A DNA stretch of 64,000 nt, taken from Mizuhopecten yessoensis (Eukaryota). Positions within the stretch are counted from its first letter, which is position 1. Each line of letters opens with the position of its first letter. The notes beneath the pieces are model-generated. The model was not told the origin of the DNA, made no database searches, and saw nothing but the letters and a program-made list of their open reading frames with translations. The DNA is taken from contig NW_018408778.1 of the NCBI RefSeq assembly GCF_002113885.1, positions 259,037 to 323,036 of the forward strand. The letters run 5' to 3'. Made by a program: the position numbers and the translations under genes. Shown piece after piece: positions 27,352 through 38,387 of the stretch.

Positions 27352-28074
27352 AATCTATACCGAATCTATAATCTAGTGATGCAACTTGATTTTTTTCTTG
27401 GAACACAGTGATGAAATCTTATATATCATATATCCTTACAATCAAAGTCTTGAAATCCCCTAAATCAATTTCTAAGTTCAAAGACTCTGTATTTTTTATT
27501 CAATTTAAAACATAATATTAATTATGTATTCAGAAATTTTAATTCAAGAGCATTCTTAATAATTTAAAAAAAGACCAAAAAACAATTAACAATTAAGATA
27601 ACCAAGTTCTTCTGCATGAAGCTGGCCATAGTATTTTGGCTGTGACAGAGGGATACTGATTTGGTTGCCTCCCCTTATCCTAAATATTATTGCAGATTCA
27701 TTTTAAAACAAAATAGCCATCCAACATCATGGATGTAGTATTTAATTCAATATGAAATCTGTCCTAAAATAAAATAACCAGAAAAACTTAAATGGTATAG
27801 TTAATTTTTTTTTATCATTTATTACTACAGAATCTAAAAGAGCTCAAACATCTTTTTAACTACAACTACAGAGTCTACTACACATTCCTTGATTATTTAA
27901 AACATCAACTCATTAATAGTAATTATCAGAAATACACAATGGAAAATTACAACAATAATTCTATAGGGTTTTAATCCTTAAATCTAGGAAAAACTTTTTT
28001 TTATGTTTTATATAAAATCTTTCTGCATGTACAAATATTGCTGCATGTGCAGCTGATTTTACTAAATATCACAT

Positions 28075-28165
28075 TTAACTCATTCACCACTGAAGACACA
28101 TTTGAACTATTCCAATTCAAAGGTTGGGCTAGTTCATTATGAAATTTCAGTGGTAAATGAGTTAA
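28075..28165. mobile_element. ~90-bp TTAA-flanked MITE (piggyBac/Kolobok-type target)
   Basis: TTAA-CTCATTCACCACTGAA ... TTCAGTGGTAAATGAG-TTAA; second copy at 62698-62788. Confidence 0.8.
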
Positions 28166-28877
28166 GTTATTACCAAGGTTTCTTTCAGCAAAACTTTTCT
28201 TTCTATAAATATATTTTATTTAACTTGGTTTGCTTTATAACATGTTATTGGACATAAACTCCTCTTAATATCATGTAATTAACTCCTCTTTATATCATGT
28301 CCTTTCACCAGTTTACCAAAATATCACATGTAAAATTTACATGTTTAAATCCATAAAAACAATGGTGACTATTTTGTAATGACCCTGATAGTTTCTTACC
28401 TTGGCTTGAATTAAACAACAAACCAAACAAACAGTACAGGTGTAAGTGAGCTTTGTTTTATTACGACACGAGGTAATAATTGCTATGTATGTAGTATTTA
28501 AAATCTAATGTTTTAAAAAGTTACATTCATGCATATATACTTTGATTTTTATAGAAATGTCTTCACAGAGGAATAGTATTCTGTTAATGTCACATTTCAC
28601 TTAATGTCACATTGTCCTCTGTTAATGGTACATGACATTAAGAGGGTTGATTTACATTGACTTCCATACATTTGGGCCAACTCCATTAATATTCACATTT
28701 CCAAATATGTCAAATTCTCCCTCACTGTGTCAGAATGACCAAGGGGAGGTTATAAAACTTACATAATTGGTCTAAATCTGCCCTTTACCTCAGATTTACT
28801 TAAAATCTTTTGAATGTATTTTTTAATCTGTTTTTTGCTTTGTACAATGGCGCTAAAAAAGTGTTGGTCCCTCTGAC

Positions 28878-28916
28878 CAGAGACGTATAAAACCTGTACA
28901 AACATATACATCTCTG
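28878..28916. mobile_element. 39-bp minimal TIR element with 7-bp TSD
   Basis: CAGAGACGTATA...TATACATCTCTG flanked by CTCTGAC and CTTTGAC (1 mismatch). Confidence 0.8.
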
Positions 28917-30053
28917 CTTTGACCTTGCCCTGTCATTCATACTGATAGAACTACAGTGCTTATGTTTTCATGATACCTGTACGCAACATTACATAATGTT
29001 TCTTGACTGGTTATGTTTTGAAAAAATTAAATTGAGATATGTTAAATCAAACTAGACAGTATGTTACTGTTCACCTTCGTCTGTAAGTTGTCACAGTGAC
29101 ATCCAAACCTGGCTTACTATCTGGGTACATGTACATAATGTATAATGAAGGGTCATAAAACCCTGTTGGATCAGCTTCCCATTATCATGAAAACTCAATG
29201 TACGCCTTTTAAACAATTCCAGAACAACACATTTAAGAGAATAAGTATATAAGATTTATCAGTAAGTGGTGTTACATGGGACAGCATTGTGATAGTACTT
29301 TCAACACTAGAGCCGACCTTAATTTGTGCCAAATAAGTAAAATTCAGCATTTTCCAGAAATTTTCCGTTATGTGGTACAAATTTCGAAATCATTAGCAAG
29401 TAAAATCAAGTGTACTTTCGACAATCCAAGTCTAGATAAACAAAATTCTAATGAAATATAATGAACTACACGTAAAACACCATCCTCCAAATTAAGGAGA
29501 GGCCCTGTAAGTAAAGCTGAGGTATGTTACTGTTTCTAGTGTTGAAACAGACATAACAATATATCTTTCACCTGAGCAACACTTTAATTCCTATTTTTAA
29601 ACTAAAATTAACTTTAACAATCTGGACAATAATAACAGTAATGTACTACCTGATTGGGAAGTGTTTTAGTATTAAGTAACAAATTCTAGTAGTATTTAAA
29701 AAAAATATCTTAAAATTTGTGAATTCAGTAACGTGCGAGAGACAATGAAAATGTTGAACAAATACCTTATTACACTAACATTGACAATCTCTGTATGTAC
29801 ATCTGTCAAACAGTTCCTTTTACGCTCTGTATGAAAAGAATGTGACAAAAAATAAGAAACAACTTAACCATGTTCAGGTAGTTATGGCATGAATCACATG
29901 ATATTCCGTATTTCTTCTGTGTAAGGCACTAACCCTCATAATACTAGGTGGGACTAAGTGTAGACAAATATTGACGTGACGATGACAGTTGTAGTCCTGA
30001 GAATTTCTGCCGTGCAGGAGGATCAATGGGACAGTGCTGTCACATGATGGCTT

Positions 30054-30078
30054 TTACCTGCGCAGGTTGCTACGGAGG
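30054..30078 (-). CDS. Putative alternative terminal coding exon C of the DUSP gene ((S)LRSNLRR*)
   Basis: Strong acceptor tacctatctttactgtttccag|; phase-2 compatible with exon B; in-frame TAA at 30056-30054. Confidence 0.45.
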
Positions 30079-31019
30079 CTGGAAACAGTAAAGATAGGTA
30101 CATGTAGATAATCGAAGGAGACAACATACAATGTTCAAACAGTTAATATAAAACAGGAATTTTTATGACTATACACCACACCACAATTATAATCAGGTTT
30201 TGTAGGGTACAAACAGTACTTTATATGATAATTGACAATCTACTGTTAAGCTGGAAAACTCGATCTGTAAGCCATGGGCTAACTAAAATCATCTGTTTAT
30301 AATAAATATATGATATACGGTAATGCTTTTCTGTTAAATACAATATATATTTCACAAGTGTAGTAAATGCTGAAATTTTTATATGAGTGAAAAATATTAG
30401 CGTATTCTGCCATATGAATGAACTATTAGTCAAAGTGAAAATCATTGAACTTTCTGTTAATTATGTTTTTGAACTTCCTACAACGACTAATTATAATAGC
30501 TTGATCATTTACTCAATACAAGCCTGTTCACATCTTTGAATGAACTAAACAGTAGTCTACAGTTTTATATCATTAGTTGATAAGATTTACTTACAAAATT
30601 GTTAATAATTACTAATTTTGAATGCACTACTTTTTATTTTAGCGGCTATAATTTCGTGTAATTCAAACAGGATTAACATTTTTTTTATTTTATTTTTTCC
30701 GATCTGACCTAAAGTTTACTGTAAAAGGAAAGTGTATGCAGAAAAGATGAAATAAAAATCCCTTTAATTTATACTGTAACTTCATCTGCATCTGAATTGA
30801 ACAGAAGATCTTTAACTTTAAATATGATGAAGATGGCTGATATGAATTAAGAATGATTTAAGTCTGTCATTCCCTAGCATCCAGATCCCTACAGCTAGCC
30901 AACTCAACCCTTTAGCTAACAAACCAGTTTAACTATAGTTAAATCAACGTACATTGTTTGTGTATAAAGTAAAATTTTGATATTACATTTTTCCAAACTG
31001 AAGAATCTTATTGAAAATT

Positions 31020-31870
31020 TAAACTAGTTGTTGGTGACCATTGCAGCTAGTTCATCATTTTTACTAGTTGTTGGTGAGCCCTGCAGCTATCTAACCATTT
31101 TAACTAGTTCTTGGTGTTCCCTACAGCTAGCAAGAGCTTCCCTACAGCTGGTTAACTATTTTTACTAGTTGTAGGTGACATCTACAGCTAGCTTATCATT
31201 TAAACTTGTTACTGATGACCCCAACAACTAGCCAACTATTATAACCAGTTGTTGGTCACCCCTACAGCTAGTCAACTATTTTAACTAGTTTTTGGTCAAC
31301 CCTACAACTGGGCCAACTATTATAACCAGTTGTTGGTCACCCCTACAGCCATCCAACTATTATAACTAGTTGTTGGTCACCCCTACAGTCATCCAACTAT
31401 TATAACTAGTTGTTGGTCACCCCTACAGCTATCCAACTATTATAACTAGTTGTTAGTCACCCATACAGGTAGCCAACTATTATAACTAGTTGTTGGTCAC
31501 CCCTACACCTAGCCAACTATTATAACTAGTTGGTAGTCACCCATACAGGTAGCCAACTATTATAACTAGTTGTTGGTCACACCTACAACTAGACAACTAT
31601 TATAACTAGTTGTTGGTCACCCCTACAACTATTATAAATAGTTGTTGGTCACCCCTACAGCCATCCAACTATTATAACTAGTTGTTAGTCACCCCTACAG
31701 GTAGCCAACTATTATAACTAGTTGTTGGTCACCCCTACAACTATTATAACTAGTTGTTGGTCACCCCTACAACTAGCCAACTATTATAACTAGTTGTTGG
31801 TCACCCCTACAGCTAGCCAACTATTATAACTAGTTGTTGGTCACCCCTACAGCTAGCCAACTATTTTAAG
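31020..31870. repeat. 40-bp minisatellite (CCCTACAGCTAGCCAACTATTATAACTAGTTGTTGGTCAC)
   Basis: About 21 copies; degenerate on the left, homogeneous on the right. Confidence 0.95.
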
Positions 31871-31884
31871 TAGTGACATCTCAC

Positions 31885-31959
31885 CTGAGTACACCAGATC
31901 CAACCACTAGGAGACTGTGTAGCCATATGTCCAAACCCTTCCTCCACCTGGTCTTGTCC
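31885..31959 (-). CDS. Putative alternative 3' exon B of the DUSP gene ((R)DKTRWRKGLDIWLHSLLVVGSGVL)
   Basis: Acceptor tttttttttatattcttcag| and donor CTCAG|gtgaga; 75 bp; open in the phase-2 frame. Confidence 0.55.
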
Positions 31960-32009
31960 CTGAAGAATATAAAAAAAAAGTATACATAATAAAGGATCTT
32001 ACTACCTCC

Positions 32010-33530
32010 TGCAGATTAGATACGACCTCATGTGGACTAGATATATACTTCCTTGTGAACTAGATACCACTGAATGTGGACTAGATACTACCTCATGTGG
32101 ATTAGATACTACCTCATATAGACTAGATACTCTTGTAAACTAGATACTACTGAATGTGGACTAGATACTACCTCATGTGGATTGGATACTACCTCATGAA
32201 CTAGATACTTCAGTATCTGAACAGTATATTAATGCATTTGGATAAGATACTACCTCATGATACCATTGAATGTGGACTAGATACTACATTGTGTAGATAA
32301 GATCCTACCTCATGTGGATTAGATATTTCTTCGTGTGGACTAGACACTATGACATGTGGATTAAATACTACTTTGTGTGGATAAGATCCTACTTCATGTA
32401 GATTAGATACTTCTTCGTATGGACTAGATACTATGGCATGTGGATTAAACAATACTTTGTGTGGATAATAAAATATATATAATAGATACCACTGAAGGTG
32501 AACTAGATACTACCTCCTGCAGATTAGATACTCTTGTGAACTAGCGTGTGGATAAGATACTACTTCATGCAGATTAGATACTACATTGAGTAGATAAGAT
32601 CCTACCTCACGTGGATTAGATACTCGTTAAAACTAGATACCACTTAATGTGGACTAGATACTACCTCCTGCAGATTAGATACTACCTCATATAGACTAGA
32701 TACTCTTGTGAACTAGATACTACTGAATGTGGACTAGATACTACCTCATGTGGATTGGATACTACCTCATGAACTAGATACCTCAGTATCTGAACAGTAT
32801 ATTAATGCATTTGGATAAGATACTACCTCATGATACCATTGAATGTGGACTAGATACTACATTGTGTAGATAAGATCCTACCTCATGTGGATTAGATACT
32901 TCTTCATGTGGACTAGACACTATGGCATGTACATTAGATAGTTCTTCATGTGGAATAGACACTATGGCATGTGGATTAAACAATACTTTGTGTGGATAAG
33001 ATACTACTTCATGTGTATTAGATACTTCTTTGTGTGGACTCGACACTATGGCATGTGGATTAAACAATACTTTGTGTGGATAAGATCCTACCTTATGTGG
33101 ATTAGATACTTCTTTGTGGGGACTAGACACTTTGGCATGTTGATTAGATACTTCTTTGTGTGGATAGGATACTTCTTCATGTGGACTTTACACAACTTCA
33201 TGTGGATAAGATACTACCTTTTGTGGATAAGATACTACTTCATGTGGATTATATACTTCTCATGTGGACTATACACAACTGCATGTGGATTAGATACTAC
33301 CTTGTGTGGACTAGATACTACTTTGTGTGTATTAGTTACTAAATATATGCACTTTGTGTGAATTTAACCTTATATTAGTGGTCTAAGATACTATCTCATG
33401 TGGATTAAATACTACTTCATGTGGACTGGACCCTATTGAATGTGGATTAGATACTAACACACGTACATCTTGTGAAATAAATCTTAGATCCAGTGGTCTG
33501 ATTACTACTTCATGTGGAATAGATACCACT
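32010..33530. repeat. ~21-bp minisatellite (GTGGATTAGATACTACCTCAT) with a higher-order duplication
   Basis: Degenerate 21-mers; the unique interruption CAGTATCTGAACAGTATATTAATGCATTTGG appears twice, about 573 bp apart. Confidence 0.92.
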
Positions 33531-34429
33531 TCCTAAGATAAAAACTGAGATTTACATTTTTCATAATAACTTACAACAGTACTAAATTAATCCATTTTTA
33601 ATTTTCATAACTGTTTTCTTTTTCAAAATCTTTTTAGCAATTATCTACACACTAGATTACAAGTGATAATGTTATATTGTACTTGAAGATTTCCTCTGCA
33701 ATAGCTGCTCATACAAATTTTGGACAAATCAGCACATAAGACACAACCAAGTGTTCCATGTTTGCTTTACACTGTATGTAATGTTTTTATTGTATTAATT
33801 CTGCTTCATTGTATGAATTAAGGTTTTCAATGTACTCTTTCTATGTATAAAATATAAATTGACAGAATGGATACCATAATTAAAGGAACACTGTGGTATT
33901 TTCTAATCAAACAGTTGGCTGTGAGGTCAGGCCAAGTGTATGTGCTGACCTTTGTACCACTGAAGACATATCTGGCCCAAGTTTCATGAAAGTGAATTGA
34001 AGTCAAATATAATTTCTAAACTTTTCTTGCTCCAATAACACTTTTTTATAAAAGCATTTAAGGAACTTCCATGGAAGTCAATGTAACTGGAACATGCTGA
34101 CATTATATTATCTTTTCTGAATAGCATTACTGGTGAATGTGCGATATTGACATTATAAAGAATACTGATGCAAGGAAATTCAATTGAAATTGTTTATTTT
34201 AATTGATTATTCACATAAAACAGATGATGAGAACATTAACAGAGGCTATGTGACAATGATAAAAACAAGAATCACATGCAGAGATCAACAGACCTACAAG
34301 GATCAAATCAACAGCTAATCTGGCATAGTAAGTAAACAGGAAGAGCTTGATGAATTGCACCAATGATCCTACTCCCTATTATACGTGCAGGACACAAATT
34401 GTGTCATCAGTCATTCATAATCCGCAGCA

Positions 34430-34567
34430 TTTAAGACACAAGCTGTGTTCTCAGTCATTCATACTCCCTGGTATAAGACACAAGCTGTGTTCTCAGTCGT
34501 TCATACTCCCTAGTATAAGACACAAGCTGTGCCATCAGTCGATCAGACTCCCTAAACTATAGACACA
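34430..34567. repeat. 42-bp tandem repeat, about 3 copies
   Basis: TAAGACACAAGCTGTGTTCTCAGTCATTCATACTCCCT repeated. Confidence 0.85.
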
Positions 34568-35392
34568 TCTGTATATGTATATATAATATACATGGTACTT
34601 GCCCACCTTCAAAAATAAAATAAAATCTACATATATTGCTTTCATATGACATCATCTGTCACAGAACATTAGAATTTAAGTAAAATTTGCTGCTGTATCC
34701 GGAGTTGTTTAAAACTAATATTATATTAATATTATACCCATGTCTCTGCTTTGTCCTTTTTTTTTCAAAGAAAATATTTATGTCTTTAAAAAAATGGGTG
34801 GGACTTATAAAGGTTAAGAATGGTAATTCCAGACTGCTATTTAGAGATGAGAAGAGTGTGGATAAGGGTGGAAAATGGGAACAGGGGCATGTTGCCAACC
34901 AGAAGAAAACTGGGGAAGACAAAAGAACGACAGAAGATAAAATGAGAGGCCGGGCCATTGATAGCTCCAAAAGGAACAAGAATAAAGAATGGAAGCTATA
35001 AGATGATAACCAGCCATCACAGGTGTAGGGACCCTTTTTTCCCCATAACATTCAGGTTATAGCTAGAAAACCATAGTGTTTCTCTTACATGATTCCCGTT
35101 GCTGAACAGGGAAACAATTGCCGTAAATTGTGACATCACAATGGAAGATGCAGGTGTAAAGCATTGTTACACAATGTCGTAATTAAATGATTGAGCAATG
35201 AAATCATATCCAGGGTATTACCTGCTAGTGGGTAACCAAAAATGTTTACCGACTCCTAGCAGGTTTATCCAATGAGTCAGGAGTGAAGTAACCTAAAGTG
35301 GATGTGGGAGAAAGAAAGTAAAATCTTTGAAAATGATGAGCCAACAATCTTACTTGATGATTCTGATGTATATTTAAGTACACAGTACGTAC

Positions 35393-35445
35393 CTCGTCAA
35401 CAATACAATAGATGCTAAAAATGCTATGTAAATGACAAGTGCTCT
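35393..35445 (-). CDS. Putative alternative 3' exon A of the DUSP gene (RALVIYIAFLASIVLLT, hydrophobic)
   Basis: Acceptor aatttcctgcag| and donor GACGAG|gtacgt; 53 bp; phase 0 in, phase 2 out. Confidence 0.5.
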
Positions 35446-36653
35446 CTGCAGGAAATTTAAAATGAAATTAATTAACCCTTTTTGATCTCTCAAACAACAA
35501 ACTTTCCTTGCAGTAAACAGTTGTTTATAAAAAAAACACTGTTTGTTATCCCTGCAGGTATTTATCAAATATTCATCTTCAATCTGTGCAATGCCACCAA
35601 ATAAGTTAATTACAAAGGACGCTAACACTCAATCTAAATGTGCTAAAACTAAAGCTAATTAGTGGAATTATAATTAGCAAGCAAACGTTTAAATAAAACA
35701 GTGGATAAGTGAGGTTTCCGATATTACAACTGTGATCTGATTTAAAGTTTTAAATAATGTAACAGAGGACCTGATTGGGCAGTAATAAATTTACCACAGG
35801 GAGGTCTCTGTAATTGGTTTGTAGCAGTCAGCAGTGTTTTGGTCAGTTCCCTGACCAATGGTCAGACACAATTATTGCTTCAGCACTGATAGTGAATCAT
35901 CATTTATATGTGTGTGTTAACTGATCAATAGAAATTAAAGGAATAGCTCCTCCTAAGGACTGCACATCCTTATCTGACACACTTCATCTGCTATTCAGTT
36001 AACTAAACACTCCAAGCCAAGATTCCATCAATGAAAATATAATAAATACATTGGATGTTGTCTGACTGTCCACTCTGGGTTTGGAGAAATCCAATCAGTG
36101 GTGATAGGGTACTACTAGATCCTATCTCCTAGATACAACCACATTATTGATGGGTTTTTTTATCTAGTGAAGGGAGATAACTCATTCATGACTGGCTGAG
36201 TTAACTTTAAACAGATATTTCTTTTCTTTTCAAAACTATAAATAATGTATGGCACATTTGGAAAAAAATCTTTTAAAGCACATGTTAAAAAAGCAGCTTA
36301 ATTCAACCTAAAAATAAAAATAAACAGCTACATCACATTCAATGAAATCCACAGTTCTATATAATGAAACAAAGCAGATTGTAATTCCACCAATCATTAG
36401 GTAACATAGTGTGCAGTCAAAGTTGATAGTGGACAACTTACAAACAACACCAATACACACAAAGTACATGCATCTTAAACTTCATTGATTTCTCCTCTGA
36501 TTTATGTCAAAGTTAACATCAACTGTCAGAAAATGTAAAAATACATTAATCTAAGCCAGTTCTTATCAAAGCAAATATAAAAGATCAAGAAAGAATTTTC
36601 CTCAACACCTCAGTTCAACTTCTCCTTTACACCAATACCAAATCCAAAACATT

Positions 36654-37730
36654 TATGTTACCACCGTCACACATGTATGTTACCACCCTCACACATGTAT
36701 GTTACCACCGTCACACATGTATATTACCACCATCACACATGTATGTTACGACTGTCACACATGTATGTTACCACCGTCACACATGTATGTTACCACCGTC
36801 ACACACGTGGTATGTTACGACTGTCACACATGTATGTTACCACCGTCACACGTGTATGTTACCACTGTCACACATGTATGTTACCACTGTCACACATGTA
36901 TGTTGCCACCGTCACACATGTGGTATGTTACGACTGTCACACATGTGGTATGTTACAACTGTCACACAGGTATGTTACGACTGTCACACACGTATGTTAC
37001 GACTGTCACACAGGTATGTTACGACTGTCACACATGTCTGTTACAAGAGTCCCACATGTGGTATGTTACAACAGTCACACATGTAGTATGTTACGACTGT
37101 CACACAGGTATGTTACAACAGTCACACATGTGGTATGTTACGACTGTCACACATGTATGTTATGACTGTCACACATGTCTGTTACAAGAGTCACACATGT
37201 GGTATGATGGGCAATCGGTTTGAAATCATAATCAATATTCGGTTTGTAATCGGAAGTAGTAAACCGATCGATGATCAATTGCATAATCAGTTCATAATTT
37301 TATGGGACAGAATACCTAAATGAAATGAGAACACTACCACAACATCAATAGACAGAGTGTTTCATCACTATACACTAGGTTTCATTCTTTTATAATGAAT
37401 GGATATCAAGCAACTTTTATGCATTTTTATCAATCATATAGTATAAATTATACCAATATGACTTTCAAAGCATACTTTACATGGAAGACATTTAGATACT
37501 TTGATTGCAATGAAGAACCTATTATATCAATGATGGAATTTGTAATAGATTAACAGAATTGGAAAGGGCAAACCGATCGAATTTTGATTATAATCGATCA
37601 TCAGCCCATCACTAGTTACAAATGTCATACAGGTATGTTACGACTGTCACACAGGTATGTTACGACTGTCACACATGTATGTTACAACTGTCACACATGT
37701 ATGTTACGACTGTCACACAGGTATGTTATG
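36654..37730. repeat. 22/25-bp minisatellite (TATGTTACCACCGTCACACATG) split by a MITE
   Basis: Arrays at 36654-37202 and 37615-37730. Confidence 0.95.
37203..37614. mobile_element. hAT-like MITE inserted into the minisatellite
   Basis: Ends (TA)TGATGGGC and GCCCATCACTA; sub-terminal ATCGGTTT/AAACCGAT repeats; left TIR damaged; no clear TSD. Confidence 0.65.
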
Positions 37731-38387
37731 GTAGCCAATATCAGAGACAAAAATCTTTAAATCAAGAAGATTAAGAATTAGTTAATTTTTGAGGTTTTTA
37801 AAAATGTTTCAACTTTTTCCCATATAAATCTGAGGCCTTTTTCTTTTCCTTTTTTATATTTCATTCCAGCTTAATGAAGGAAACATAAAAAGAAAGAAAA
37901 AAGTGGAATTTCTTGAAAAAAAATGTCTTTGTTAACCTACATTTATCAAAACAACATGCAAATTGTATAATGAAAATTAGGCACAAAAATCAAAATCTAC
38001 AGGAAAAACAAAAAAATTATAGCACCAGGTGAGGAAAATCAAATCTTCAAATTTCTTTACCTCTGATATAATTTACAGTTAAATAACATAATGCTTTAAA
38101 TAATGAAGAGTTACTTCCCTTGCAATAGCCTTCTTGCATCATTTTGATATGAAAAATGCTTTACTTTAAAAATGTCTGTTTCTTCAGATCAGAGACAAAG
38201 AAATTCTTCAAAGGTGTTTAACAATCAAAAACATACCAAACAAATAAAATCAAACAAATGAACAGAAAACCAGTAAAACAAACATTAAGTAGTGTTACAG
38301 CAACAAAAAAATAACTTAAAATTGGTAAATTAAAAAAAAGTCTTTCATGCAAGCACCACAACAAGGCAGGGAGTGCTGGGTGGTGGC

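Noticed and set aside
34659-35051. 130-aa and 104-aa opposing ORFs
   Set aside because: Low-complexity purine/pyrimidine-biased sequence with no recognisable domain or splice support
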